DNA of 54,292 nucleotides, taken from Candidatus Rokuibacteriota bacterium. Its GTDB lineage: Bacteria; JAUVQV01; DATDCY01. Under the pieces are notes generated by a model that had not been told where the DNA came from, ran no database searches, and saw nothing but the letters and a program-made list of their open reading frames with translations. The position numbers and the translations under genes are program-made. Below, one piece after another: positions 36,451 through 46,369 of the stretch (within the stretch, counting starts at the first letter, position 1; every line of letters starts with the position of its first letter). Where the stretch lies: positions 1 to 54,292 of the forward strand of contig JANOHV010000074.1 of the NCBI GenBank assembly GCA_031406795.1, given 5' to 3'.

Positions 36451-39426
36451 ATGCGCCCGGACGATCTGAAGATCGGCACGCAGCTGCGGCTGGGCCTGGG
36501 GATGATCCTCGTGTTCGTGGGTGCCCTGGGCGCCCTGGCCTGGCGACAGTCGGATCTGCTCTGGCTGCAGACCAGCACGATGTACGACCATCCGCTCCAG
36601 GTCACGCGCGCCGTCGGTGCCCTGGGGGTCGATGTCGAAAGCATGTCCCGGCACGTCAGAGATCTGTTCCTGGCCCGGAGCGAGCAGGAGACGGCGCTCG
36701 CGCTGCAGAACATCGAGCTCGAGAAAAGCGCTGTCGAGCGGCAATTCGCCGTCCTGTTCGACCGCTACCTCGGCCCGCGCGGCGACATCAACGCGCTCCA
36801 CGAAGCTTTCGCCAGATGGAATGCCATCCGCGATGAGACCGTCCGGCTGCTCAGGGCGGGGAAGACCGCCGAGGCCGAGGAGCGCATCCGTCCAGGCGGG
36901 GTGCAGGATGCCCAGGCGCAGGCCGTCGGGAGCTCCCTGCGAAAGATCAGCGACTTCGCCACGGGCAAGGGCGACCAGCTTCACCGGACGGCCAGGGAGG
37001 AGAGACGCTCGCTGAACCGCAGGCTGGCCGCCATCGTTGTCGCCATCCTGCTGCTTTCGCTCGCCGTTTTCCTGCGCCTGATCAAGGCGATCAAGGGCCC
37101 GCTCCAGGAGCTGACGGCGGCGACGGAGCAGTTTCGGGAGGGGAAGCTCGAGGTGCGCAGCAGGTACTTCGCCGCCAACGAGTTCGGCGCGCTGGCGGCT
37201 TCGTTCAACGCGATGGCCGATGCGCTTCACCGGGAGACGCAGCTCAACGACAGCGCGGCCCGGCTCGCCGGCGTCATGCTGCGGGAGGAGGAGGCGCAGG
37301 GGTTCTGCCGGGAGTTGCTCAAGGGGTTGCTCGAGCACACCGGTTCGCAGGTCGGGGCGGTGTATTTCCTCAACGAAACGAAGACCGCCTTCGAGCATTT
37401 CGCGTCCATCGGGCTCGGCGCCGGCGGGCGCGCCGCTTTCTCGGCGACCGAGCGGGAGGGCGAGTTCGGGGCGGCCCTGGCCTCGCGCCGGATTGAGCGC
37501 ATCACGGACATTCCGCCGCAGACCCGCTTCAGCTTTGCCGCGGTCAGCGGGGACTTCGCGCCGCGCGAAATCCTGACCATACCCGTGCCGGCCGATCACG
37601 GCGTTTCTGCGGTGATTTCGCTGGCCAGCGTCCGCGCGTACGACAAGGCCTCGCTGCGGCTGGTCGAGGAAATCTGGAATGTGCTGACCGCCCGCGTGAA
37701 TGGCGTGCTGGCGTTTCGGCGGATCAGGGCCCTTGCGGAGCGTCTCGAGGCACAGAACCGCGAGCTGGACGCGCAGAAGCGGGAGTTGGACGCGCAGGCG
37801 AGCGAGTTGACGCAGCAGAACTCCGAACTGGAGCTCCAGAAGCAGCAGCTCGGCGAGGCCAGCCGGCTCAAGAGCGCCTTCCTCTCCAAGATGAGCCACG
37901 AACTGCGCACGCCGCTGAACTCGGTGATCGCGCTCTCGGGTGTGCTCGGCCGGCGGCTGGAGGGCAGGATTCCCGCGGAAGAGCTCGACTACCTGGAGGT
38001 GATCGAGCGCAACGGCCGGCATCTGCTCTCGCTGATCAACGACATCCTCGACCTCTCGCGCGTCGAGGCCGGCCGGGAGGAGATCAGTCTCAGCCGGTTC
38101 TCCCTGCGGGCGCTCGTCGCCGACGTCGTGGCCATGATCAAGCCCCAGGCGCGCGAAAAGGGCGTCGCGCTCGAAACCCTCGTGGGCCGGGACTTGCCGA
38201 GCATCGCCTCCGATCCCGAGAAGTGCCGGCACATCCTGCAGAACCTCGTCGCCAATGCGGTGAAGTTCACCGACGCCGGCTCCGTGGCGATCTCGGCCCG
38301 GCGCGAGGGGAATGAGCTGCTTGTCGCCGTCCGCGACACCGGCATCGGCATCGCGGCCGAGCAGATCCCTCACATCTTCGAGGAGTTCCGCCAGGCCGAC
38401 GACAGCACCTCGCGCAGGTTCGGCGGCACCGGTCTGGGCCTGGCTATCGCCGCGAAATATGCCGAGCTGCTCCAGGGCGGCATCTCGGTCGAGAGCGCGC
38501 CCGGCAAGGGCTCGACCTTCACGCTCAGGCTGCCGCTGGCGCTGGAGGCGCCGGACGGTGTCGATGGCGCGGCATCCGGCGGGCTCGAGTTCGACTCCGC
38601 AGCCGAGTCGGCACTCCCGCCGCCCGGTCAGGGCCAGTGCCTCCTGCTGGTCGAGGACAGCGAGCCCGCGGTGGTCCAGATGACCGACATCCTCGCCGGG
38701 CAGGGCTATCGGGTGCACGTGGCGCGCAGCGGCGGCGAGGCCCTGGCGTGGATCGAGCAGACGCTGCCCGACGCGATGATTCTCGACCTGATGATGCCGG
38801 AGATCGACGGGTTCGAGGTGCTCCGGCAGATCCGCCGCGCGCCGCGGACCACCCGCCTTCCCGTGCTGATCCTGACCGCCAAGCACGTGACCAGGGAGGA
38901 GCTGAGCTTCCTGAAGGGAAATCACATCCACCAGCTGATCCAGAAAGGCGACGTCGGCCGCAGCGAGTTGCTGACCGCGGTCGCGAGGATGGTCGCCCCG
39001 CCGCAGGAGCCCACGGTGCCGCCGCGCTCGGGCTCCGGTGCCCCGGCGGGCCCGGCGCACCCCGGCCGCCCCGTCGTGCTCGTGGTGGAGGACAACCCCG
39101 ACAACCGGTGCGCCGCCCGGGCGCTGCTGAGCGACCGCTATCAGGTCATCGAAGCCGAAGACGGCCAGACCGCGATCCGGCAGACGCAGCTGCACCGGCC
39201 CGACCTGATCCTCATGGACATCGCGATGCCGGTCATGGACGGCATTGCGGCCCTCCGGGAGATTCGCAAGGACGAAGCGCTGCGGCACATTCCGGTGATC
39301 GCCGTCACCGCCAGTGCGATGGTCGGCGACCGGGAGACGATTCTGGCCCACGGCTTCGACGGCTACCTCTCCAAGCCGATCGACGCGGAACTGCTGAAAA
39401 AGACGCTGCACGAGGCCCTCGACTGA
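36451..39426 (+). CDS. Hybrid sensor kinase: 4HB-like sensor, HAMP, GAF, coiled coil, HisKA-HATPase, REC, REC
   Basis: MCP-like N-terminus ([10 protein letters not shown]), two TMs, [21 protein letters not shown], two receivers. Confidence 0.92.
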   Translation: MRPDDLKIGTQLRLGLGMILVFVGALGALAWRQSDLLWLQTSTMYDHPLQVTRAVGALGVDVESMSRHVRDLFLARSEQETALALQNIELEKSAVERQFAVLFDRYLGPRGDINALHEAFARWNAIRDETVRLLRAGKTAEAEERIRPGGVQDAQAQAVGSSLRKISDFATGKGDQLHRTAREERRSLNRRLAAIVVAILLLSLAVFLRLIKAIKGPLQELTAATEQFREGKLEVRSRYFAANEFGALAASFNAMADALHRETQLNDSAARLAGVMLREEEAQGFCRELLKGLLEHTGSQVGAVYFLNETKTAFEHFASIGLGAGGRAAFSATEREGEFGAALASRRIERITDIPPQTRFSFAAVSGDFAPREILTIPVPADHGVSAVISLASVRAYDKASLRLVEEIWNVLTARVNGVLAFRRIRALAERLEAQNRELDAQKRELDAQASELTQQNSELELQKQQLGEASRLKSAFLSKMSHELRTPLNSVIALSGVLGRRLEGRIPAEELDYLEVIERNGRHLLSLINDILDLSRVEAGREEISLSRFSLRALVADVVAMIKPQAREKGVALETLVGRDLPSIASDPEKCRHILQNLVANAVKFTDAGSVAISARREGNELLVAVRDTGIGIAAEQIPHIFEEFRQADDSTSRRFGGTGLGLAIAAKYAELLQGGISVESAPGKGSTFTLRLPLALEAPDGVDGAASGGLEFDSAAESALPPPGQGQCLLLVEDSEPAVVQMTDILAGQGYRVHVARSGGEALAWIEQTLPDAMILDLMMPEIDGFEVLRQIRRAPRTTRLPVLILTAKHVTREELSFLKGNHIHQLIQKGDVGRSELLTAVARMVAPPQEPTVPPRSGSGAPAGPAHPGRPVVLVVEDNPDNRCAARALLSDRYQVIEAEDGQTAIRQTQLHRPDLILMDIAMPVMDGIAALREIRKDEALRHIPVIAVTASAMVGDRETILAHGFDGYLSKPIDAELLKKTLHEALD

Positions 39427-39440
39427 GCGAAAGGACGACC

Positions 39441-41843
39441 GTGGAAACCAGCAGCCTGAAGATCCTGGCGATTGACGATAACCGGGACAACCTGACGACG
39501 CTGAAGGCAGTCGTGTCGGACCGGCTGCCCGGAGCCAGGGTCCTGACCGCGCTGACCGGCCCGCAGGGGCTCGCGATGGCGCTGGCGGAGGACCCGGACG
39601 TGGTCCTGCTGGACATCGTCATGCCCGGCATGGATGGCTACGAGGTCTGCCGGAAGCTGAAGGCGGACGAGCGCCTGCAGGCGATTCCGGTGGTCTTCCT
39701 GACGGCCCTCAGGACCGACCTGGCGAGCCGCATCGCGGCCATGGATGCCGGCGCGGAGGGGTTCCTCCCCAAGCCGTTCGACGAGATCGAACTCGTCGCC
39801 CAGATCAGGGCGATGGCCAAGATCAAGGCGGCGAGCCGGCTGCGGCGCCGGGAGAACGAGGAACTCACCGCGCTGGTTGCCGAGCGCACCCGGGAATTGG
39901 AGAGAGGCCTGGAGCAGCGCGCCCGCGTCGAAGAGGCGCTGCGGGCAAGCGAGGCGCACTATCGGTCGTTGTTCGAAAACAGCCTGGATGCCATCCTGCT
40001 CACGGTGCCCGATGGCAGGATTCTGTCCGCCAACCCCACCGCCTGCCGCATGTTCCAGATGGCGGAAGAGGAACTGTGCGCGCGAGGACGCCAGGGCGTG
40101 GTCGAAAGCGGAGACCCGCGCCTGCCGCTGTTGCTGGAGGAGCGGGCCTGCAACGGAAGGGCGTCGGGGGAACTCATGTTTCTCAGGAAGGATGGGACCC
40201 GGTTCCCGGGCGAGATCTCCTCGCTCCTGTTCAAGGACGCCTCGGGCGCCCTGTTGTCCAGCATGATCATTCGCGACATCACCGAGCAGAAACGACTGGC
40301 CGCGGAAAAGGCCCGGCTGGAGGATCAGCTGCGGCAGGCCCAGAAGGTCGAGGCGATCGGCCGGCTTGCGGGGGGCGTGGCGCACGACTTCAACAACCTG
40401 ACTGCGATCGTCCTCGGCTACGGGGAGATGCTGCTGAGTCGTCTGGGTCCGGCGGATCCCTCGCGCCATTGGGTGGAGCAGATCGTGGCGGCCGGCCGCC
40501 GCTCGGCGACGCTGACTCGACAGTTGCTGGCCTTCAGCCGCAGGCAGGTGCTGCTGCCCGAGGTGCTGGACCTCAACGCGCTGCTCCGCGACCTCGAGAA
40601 GCTGCTCGGCCGGCTGATCGGGGAAAACATCGAACTCGAGGTGAATCTGGCCGAGGGATTGGGGCGCATCACGGCCGACCCGGGCCAGATCGAGCAGGTG
40701 GTCACGAACCTCGCGGTCAACGCCCGCGACGCGATGCCCCTCGGCGGCCGACTGGTGATCGAGACCGCCGACGCGGTGCTCGACGCGACCGCCGCGGCGG
40801 GCGCCGAGAGTGTCGTTCCCGGAGAGTACGTGCTGCTCTCCGTCACCGACACCGGAGGGGGGATGGACCGGCAGACGCTCGAGAGGCTCTTCGAGCCGTT
40901 CTTCACGACCAAGCCGCGAGGAAAGGGGACCGGTCTGGGTCTGGCCACGGTGCACGGCATCGTGAACCAGTCCGGCGGCTACGTCCGGGTCGCCTCGGAG
41001 CCCGGCAAGGGAGCGAGTTTCAAGATCTACCTGCCGCGGACCGATGCGGAACCCAAGGCGAAAGCTGCCGAGGCGAGCGAGTCGGTGCCGCGAGGCAGCG
41101 GCGAGCGGATACTGCTGGTGGAGGACGAGGCGGCTCTGCGGGAGTTGTGCGAGACCATCCTCTCGCGCCTCGGATACCGGGTGAGCGTCGCCGAAAACGG
41201 CCTGGAGGCGCTGCGCCTGGTCCAGGAGCAAGGGTTCGAGGCTGACCTGGTCGTCAGCGACGTGATCATGCCGGACATGGGCGGCGCCGAGATGGTGGAG
41301 CGGCTGCGCAGAACCCGGCCGGGCCTCAGGGTGCTCTACATGTCCGGGTATCCCGACGACGCCATCGCCCCCCACGGCGTCCTCGCCCCGGGCACGCCCC
41401 TGCTGCAGAAGCCGTTTTCGGAGCGCGCCCTGGCGGTGAAGGTGCGCGAGACGCTCCCGGGGAAGGCCGGCGCGGCGCCCCCGGCGCGGCGTGTCCTGAT
41501 GATCGACGACGACGAACAGTATCGCGAACTGGTGCGGCACTTCTGCTCGCGGCGGGGTCACGTCTGCGCGGGTGTGGACACCGTCGCGGCCGCGCTTGCG
41601 GCCCTCGCCGGGCAGTCCTTCGATGTGCTGCTGCTGGACATGCATCTGCCCGGCACGAGCGGCGAAAGCGTGCTGCGCGAGATCCGCGCCGCGGGCCACA
41701 CCGTTCCCGCGATCGCGCTGAGCGGGGATGTCTCCTCGGCGGACCTGGCGGTGTTGCGTCCGCTCGGGGTGCTCCAGGCGCTGGAGAAATCGGGCGACGG
41801 CAGGACGATCCTGCAGGCGATCGAAGAGGCGGCGCCGCGGTGA
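39441..41843 (+). CDS. Hybrid REC-PAS-HisKA-HATPase-REC-REC kinase
   Basis: ILAIDD, PAS, AHDFNNL, NARDAM, FFTTK, two C-terminal receivers; GTG after AAGGA. Confidence 0.9.
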   Translation: METSSLKILAIDDNRDNLTTLKAVVSDRLPGARVLTALTGPQGLAMALAEDPDVVLLDIVMPGMDGYEVCRKLKADERLQAIPVVFLTALRTDLASRIAAMDAGAEGFLPKPFDEIELVAQIRAMAKIKAASRLRRRENEELTALVAERTRELERGLEQRARVEEALRASEAHYRSLFENSLDAILLTVPDGRILSANPTACRMFQMAEEELCARGRQGVVESGDPRLPLLLEERACNGRASGELMFLRKDGTRFPGEISSLLFKDASGALLSSMIIRDITEQKRLAAEKARLEDQLRQAQKVEAIGRLAGGVAHDFNNLTAIVLGYGEMLLSRLGPADPSRHWVEQIVAAGRRSATLTRQLLAFSRRQVLLPEVLDLNALLRDLEKLLGRLIGENIELEVNLAEGLGRITADPGQIEQVVTNLAVNARDAMPLGGRLVIETADAVLDATAAAGAESVVPGEYVLLSVTDTGGGMDRQTLERLFEPFFTTKPRGKGTGLGLATVHGIVNQSGGYVRVASEPGKGASFKIYLPRTDAEPKAKAAEASESVPRGSGERILLVEDEAALRELCETILSRLGYRVSVAENGLEALRLVQEQGFEADLVVSDVIMPDMGGAEMVERLRRTRPGLRVLYMSGYPDDAIAPHGVLAPGTPLLQKPFSERALAVKVRETLPGKAGAAPPARRVLMIDDDEQYRELVRHFCSRRGHVCAGVDTVAAALAALAGQSFDVLLLDMHLPGTSGESVLREIRAAGHTVPAIALSGDVSSADLAVLRPLGVLQALEKSGDGRTILQAIEEAAPR

Positions 41844-41927
41844 GCGCGCGCCGACGCGTTGCCGCGCGCGGCCCGGGAGCGGCCCGCCGGTTCGAGCCGA
41901 CGGCCGGAGGCCGGGAAGGAGCACCCG

Positions 41928-43379
41928 ATGGCGGTTGACCACCAGCCCGCCGCGCAGCCCTCGTGCGCCGACGAGACGGCGCGGGCCCTCGACACGCCGC
42001 TGTACAACAGCCGCATCACCAACACGTACCTGAAGCTCCTGCAGAAGCGGTATCCGCAGGTGGATGTCGGAGAGCTGCTGCGCTTCGCCGGCATGAAGAT
42101 GCACCAGGTCGAGGACGAGGGACACTGGTTCACGCAGCGTCAGGTCAACCGCTTCCAGCAGAAACTCCGCGAGCTGACCGGCAACCCGGGCATCGCCCGC
42201 GAGGCTGGCCGCTTCTCCGCCGCACCGGAAGCGCTCAGCGGGCTTGGCCGCTCGATACTCGGGCTGCTCAGCATCGCGCGGGCGTACTCCCTGGCGGGGA
42301 GGTTCACGGGGAAATTCACGCGCTCCTCACGGATCGAATCCCGCGTGCTGGGACCACGCAGCGCGGAGATCCTCGTCACGCTGAACGAGGGGGTCCGCGA
42401 GGAATCCTTTCAGTGCGAGAGCCGCCTCGGCTACCTGGAGTCGGTCGCCCGTTACTTCGACAGCCGTCTGACGCGCATCGAGCACCCGGAGTGTCTCTTC
42501 CGCGGCGATGCCCACTGCCGCTACCTCCTCACCTGGCAGCCCTCGCGCGCGGCCCGCTGGCGCCGGGTGCGTATCCCCGCCGGGCTCGTGGCGCTCGCGG
42601 CTCTGGTCGCGGCGGCCGCGGGGCATCTGGCGTGGGCGCACCTCGCCGTGCTGCTGCCGGCGATTGTCACCGCCGTGCTGTTGGTCAGCGTGCTCGCGCT
42701 GCATCTGGACAACGGCGAGTTGCGAGCCGCCGTCACCCAGCTGGAGCACACCGCCGACGAACTGGTCGACCAGATCGACCTGAATTCCCGGAACGCCCTG
42801 ATGATCAGCGAGATCGGGCAGAGCCTCGGGAAGGGCCGAAGCATCGAGGAGATCCTGCGCGGGGTGATCGAGGCCCTGGAACGCCGCCTGGACTACGACC
42901 GCGGCGTCGTCCTGCTTGCCGATCAGCAGGGATCACGCCTCGCCGTCGCCGCCTCTTTCGGTTACTCGCCCGAACAGCTGGCGGTCCTGAACGGCGATGA
43001 CGGGCTCTCGCTGGAGCGCAGCGATCCGCGCGGCGCCATCATCCGCTGTTTGCGCGAGCGGCAGGCGTTCCTGGTTAACGACCTGGCCGCGGCCGGGTCC
43101 GAACTCGCCGGCGTCGGCAGCGAAACTGCCTGGCGGCTCGGGGTGAAATCCTTCATCTGCTGCCCGATCGCGTTCGAGGACCAGGCGCTCGGCGTGCTGG
43201 CGGTGGACAATTGCAGCACCAAGCGGCCCCTGCTCGAGCGGGACATGAATCTGTTGATGGGCATCGCGCCGCAGATCGCGATTTCCATCCGCCATGTCCG
43301 GCTCGTCGAGGACAACCTCGGGCAGGCGCGCCGCCTGACCCAGGAGCTGGAGCGGCGCGTACCGGGCGCGGCGAGTTGA
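41928..43379 (+). CDS. V4R/H-NOX-like sensor, 2 TM, GAF; truncated kinase lacking its catalytic core (probable pseudogene)
   Basis: EHPECLFRGDAHCRY V4R-type motif; GAF (FICCPI, LGVLAVDN); ends at ELERRV followed by an out-of-frame kinase remnant. Confidence 0.72.
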   Translation: MAVDHQPAAQPSCADETARALDTPLYNSRITNTYLKLLQKRYPQVDVGELLRFAGMKMHQVEDEGHWFTQRQVNRFQQKLRELTGNPGIAREAGRFSAAPEALSGLGRSILGLLSIARAYSLAGRFTGKFTRSSRIESRVLGPRSAEILVTLNEGVREESFQCESRLGYLESVARYFDSRLTRIEHPECLFRGDAHCRYLLTWQPSRAARWRRVRIPAGLVALAALVAAAAGHLAWAHLAVLLPAIVTAVLLVSVLALHLDNGELRAAVTQLEHTADELVDQIDLNSRNALMISEIGQSLGKGRSIEEILRGVIEALERRLDYDRGVVLLADQQGSRLAVAASFGYSPEQLAVLNGDDGLSLERSDPRGAIIRCLRERQAFLVNDLAAAGSELAGVGSETAWRLGVKSFICCPIAFEDQALGVLAVDNCSTKRPLLERDMNLLMGIAPQIAISIRHVRLVEDNLGQARRLTQELERRVPGAAS

Positions 43380-43458
43380 GCTGCGGCAAGGTGGCGATGG
43401 GGGAGCTGGCGCGCTCCGTGTTCCTGGAGATCGTGCCGGACGCCGTGGCGCGGGCGGG

Positions 43459-44220
43459 CTAGGGCAGTTGCGCCGCGAGGAAATTCTTCAGCCGCGCGAG
43501 CGAAGCCGGGTCGTTCTGGTCCAGGACCAGGTCGGCGCCGCATTCCACCAGGTAGCTCTTGAAGGGGCCGGCGACATCGGAGGCCCAGAAGACGACCGGC
43601 GTTTTCGCCCGCTGCTCCTGCTTCAGGTAGGTGGCGATCGTGCAGCCATCGAGCAGCGCGAGACCGATGCCGAGCACGACGGCATCCACCTGCTGGCGCG
43701 CGAGGATGCTCATCGCCTCGATGCCGTTGCCCGTCGCCAGGACCTGGTAGCCCGGGCCCAGCAGGGTGCGCAGCACCGTCTGGCTGGCCATCGAATCGTG
43801 CGCGATGAGTACGATTCGGCGCCCCCCCTGCCGCAAACCGTGGTCCAGCAGGCGCGCTAGCGCAGTGCACTCCCGGAGCATGGTGCGCAACTCGGCGGAC
43901 TTGTAGGGTTTGGCGATGAAGCGGTGGACTTCCCCTTCGTTCAGGGCCCGGATGACCAGCTGCATGTCGGCGTAAGCCGTCATCAGAATCCGGACGATCT
44001 CCGGGTGCCGCCGCTTGACCTGGATCAGAAACGAGAGACCGTCCATCCCCGCCATCCGGTAGTCGGAGACGACGACCTCGATGCGCTCGCGCTCGAGCAG
44101 CGTCAGCGCCTGCTCGGCGCTGGCGCTGGTGAACAGGGTGTACTCCTGCCCGAACAGTTCCGAGAGCCCATACAGGATGCTCGGCTCGTCGTCGACGATG
44201 AGAACGCGGCCCTTGTCCAT
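43459..44220 (-). CDS. Tandem receiver protein (REC plus pseudo-REC)
   Basis: First REC intact (IVDDE, VSDYRM, AKP); second has IAHDS and VVLG with no phosphoacceptor Asp. Confidence 0.85.
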   Translation of the reverse strand: MDKGRVLIVDDEPSILYGLSELFGQEYTLFTSASAEQALTLLERERIEVVVSDYRMAGMDGLSFLIQVKRRHPEIVRILMTAYADMQLVIRALNEGEVHRFIAKPYKSAELRTMLRECTALARLLDHGLRQGGRRIVLIAHDSMASQTVLRTLLGPGYQVLATGNGIEAMSILARQQVDAVVLGIGLALLDGCTIATYLKQEQRAKTPVVFWASDVAGPFKSYLVECGADLVLDQNDPASLARLKNFLAAQLP

Positions 44221-44344
44221 GAGCGACCTCCTGGGTACGTCAGGGCACTGACGCGCTTCGGATGCTACGGCAAACCGCCGCGCCGCGCAAGACTGACAGC
44301 GCTTCGCGGGGCGGCGACCGGCGTGCGCGTGGTATAGTCGCTCC

Positions 44345-45049
44345 GTGACGATCAAGCGCACCGACCCGGTTGCCGATGTCTTGCGCAGTGCCCCGATGCT
44401 CTCGGGGCTCGAGCCGTTGGATCTGCAGGAACTGGCGGGCATGGCGCTGCTGCGCGAGGTGCCGCGGGGTCAGCTGGTGTTCGCCGAGGGCGACGAGGCC
44501 CTGGGCTTCTTCATCTGCGCCGGGGGCAAGCTCAAGGTCTTCAAGACGACCCCGGACGGCCGCGAGCAGATCCTGCATTTCATCTTCCCCGGGGAGAGCT
44601 TCGCGGAAGTGGCGCTGTTCACGGGACGGACCTACCCGGCCTCGGCGCAGGCGCTGGAGACCAGCCGCGTCGTCTTCATCCCGCGCGAGGGGCTCGTGCG
44701 GCTGATCAAGAAGAGAACCGATATCGCGTTCAAGCTGCTCGCGGGCTCGGCGCTCTGGGTGCGTCGCCTCACCGACCTGATCGCCGAGTACGCCAAGGCG
44801 GTGCCGTCGCGATTGGCCGGATACCTGCTCGCCGAAGCGCTGCGCCAGCGCCCGACCGCCCTGGCGGACGGAGCACGGGTACGGCTCGTCGTGAACAAGG
44901 GGGAGTTGGCGGCGCACCTCGGGACGGTCGCCGAAACGCTCTCGCGGGCCTTCGCGCGTCTGCGCGACGACGGGGTGATCGAAGTGGAGGAGCGGGAAAT
45001 TACCATCAAGGATCTCGCGGCGCTCCGGGACCTGGCCTCTGGACCGTGA
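44345..45049 (+). CDS. Crp/Fnr family regulator (HcpR/DNR-like)
   Basis: GREQILH, GESFAE, YPASA, HTH GTVAETLSR; no FNR Cys cluster. Confidence 0.9.
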   Translation: MTIKRTDPVADVLRSAPMLSGLEPLDLQELAGMALLREVPRGQLVFAEGDEALGFFICAGGKLKVFKTTPDGREQILHFIFPGESFAEVALFTGRTYPASAQALETSRVVFIPREGLVRLIKKRTDIAFKLLAGSALWVRRLTDLIAEYAKAVPSRLAGYLLAEALRQRPTALADGARVRLVVNKGELAAHLGTVAETLSRAFARLRDDGVIEVEEREITIKDLAALRDLASGP

Positions 45050-45050
45050 C

Positions 45051-45168
45051 GGCCGCTGAAAAGGGCCCATCTGCGGCGTCAGGCTCCGCGCATCCGCCTG
45101 CGACGCACACGAGTGCGTCTCGGCATCTGCTTGTCGCCTTCCTTGCACCTGGACCCTTTTGATCGGCC
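45051..45168. repeat. Structured palindromic dispersed element, copy C (inverted relative to copy A)
   Basis: aagggcccatctgc ... ccttgcacctggaccctt are exact reverse complements of blocks in copy A; central hairpin gacgcac-acga-gtgcgtc. Confidence 0.85.
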
Positions 45169-45245
45169 TCTGCGTGATGGTGCTCGCCGGCGCCACCCCG
45201 CCTCCGTTCTGGTCCGGGGAGGCAATTTTCCGCGTTTGACCTACA

Positions 45246-45261
45246 TTTGACTCAAGTCAAA
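45246..45261. promoter_or_regulatory. Fnr/HcpR-type palindromic operator TTTGAC-N4-GTCAAA
   Basis: tttgactcaagtcaaa about 90 bp upstream of the ferredoxin ATG, next to a Crp/Fnr gene with an ExxSR helix. Confidence 0.8.
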
Positions 45262-45349
45262 GACCTGCCCCTCGCCGGGGGGTATGTTCGTCCAAGATCG
45301 TAGTTCGAATGGTCATCGCAGCCGCGATGCGCGGCGGGAGGAAACGGAC

Positions 45350-46204
45350 ATGAAACGCAAGATCGTACTGATCGACGCCGAGAAGTGCAACGGCTGCGGG
45401 CTCTGTGTTCCCAATTGCGCCGAAGGGGCGATTCAGGTCATCGACGGCAAGGCCCGGCTCGTCGCGGAGAATCTCTGCGACGGGCTCGGCGCCTGCCTCG
45501 GCGAGTGCCCCGAGGGGGCGATCACGATCGAGGAGCGCGACGCCGAGGGTTTCGACGAGAGCGTCGTGGAGCAGCATCTCAAGGCCATCGGCCGCGCGCC
45601 GGCCGCGCAGCACGGGGAGCATCACGAAGGGCCCGGGCATCATCACGGCGACCACCAGCACGGCGAGAAGCACCACCACGAGAATCGCCTGCAGCCCGGC
45701 GGCCACGCTCACCATGGGGGCGGCGGCTGCCCGTCGGCGCGCCTGGTCAGCCATGATCGCGCATCGGCCGCAGCGCAGGTTCCCGCGGGCGAAGTCGGTT
45801 CCGAACTCGGCCACTGGCCGATCAAACTCCAGCTCGTGCCGCCGACGGCGCCGTTTTTCAAAGGGAAGGATCTGCTGATCGCAGCCGACTGCGCTCCCGT
45901 GGCCTTTGGTGATTTCCAGCGGCGCTTCCTCAAAGACAGCGCGGTTGTGATCCAGTGCCCGAAATTCGGCGAACAGGGGTTTGTCGTCGACAAGCTCGCC
46001 GGCATCTTCCGGGATGGCGGGATTACCGGCATCACCGTGATGCGAATGGAAGTGCCCTGCTGCGGCGGGTTGAGCTGGGGCGTCCAGAAGGCGCTCCAGT
46101 TGTCCGGCCGCACGGATCTGCCGCTGCGCGAGGTGGTGGTCGGCGTGCGCGGCGACATCGTTTCCGATCGCGCGCAGGCCACCGGTATTCCCGTGGCTGG
46201 TTGA
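45350..46204 (+). CDS. 4Fe-4S dicluster ferredoxin-domain protein (FrdX-like) with His-rich linker
   Basis: CNGCGLCVPNC, CDGLGACLGECP, GCPS, WPIKL, ADC, CPK, MEVPCCGG; GGAGG RBS. Confidence 0.88.
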   Translation: MKRKIVLIDAEKCNGCGLCVPNCAEGAIQVIDGKARLVAENLCDGLGACLGECPEGAITIEERDAEGFDESVVEQHLKAIGRAPAAQHGEHHEGPGHHHGDHQHGEKHHHENRLQPGGHAHHGGGGCPSARLVSHDRASAAAQVPAGEVGSELGHWPIKLQLVPPTAPFFKGKDLLIAADCAPVAFGDFQRRFLKDSAVVIQCPKFGEQGFVVDKLAGIFRDGGITGITVMRMEVPCCGGLSWGVQKALQLSGRTDLPLREVVVGVRGDIVSDRAQATGIPVAG

Positions 46205-46369
46205 GATTTTTCGGCGCCCGGTGCCCGCTGCGGGCGGGACGCTTCACGAGCCGGTCGCCGTGGGTGGCGCAGGCAACTGCCCCGACAGTTTCGGGGTGAC
46301 AACGGCGGGGGATTCAGACACTCCCGACAATCGCGGGGAACCGCACACACAACCAGGAGGAGGGGACGC

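Noticed and set aside
37744-37850. 21-bp periodic repeats as a CRISPR array or VNTR
   Set aside because: Degenerate, in frame, no spacers; explained by coiled-coil heptads
17382-42125. Long antisense ORFs (17382..20273, 20147..23110, 32625..35723, 35092..39411, 39363..42125)
   Set aside because: Antisense shadows of well-supported kinase genes
46205-46360. Possible riboswitch upstream of the octaheme cytochrome
   Set aside because: Only short GC hairpins; no recognisable aptamer consensus by eye (an Rfam scan would settle it)
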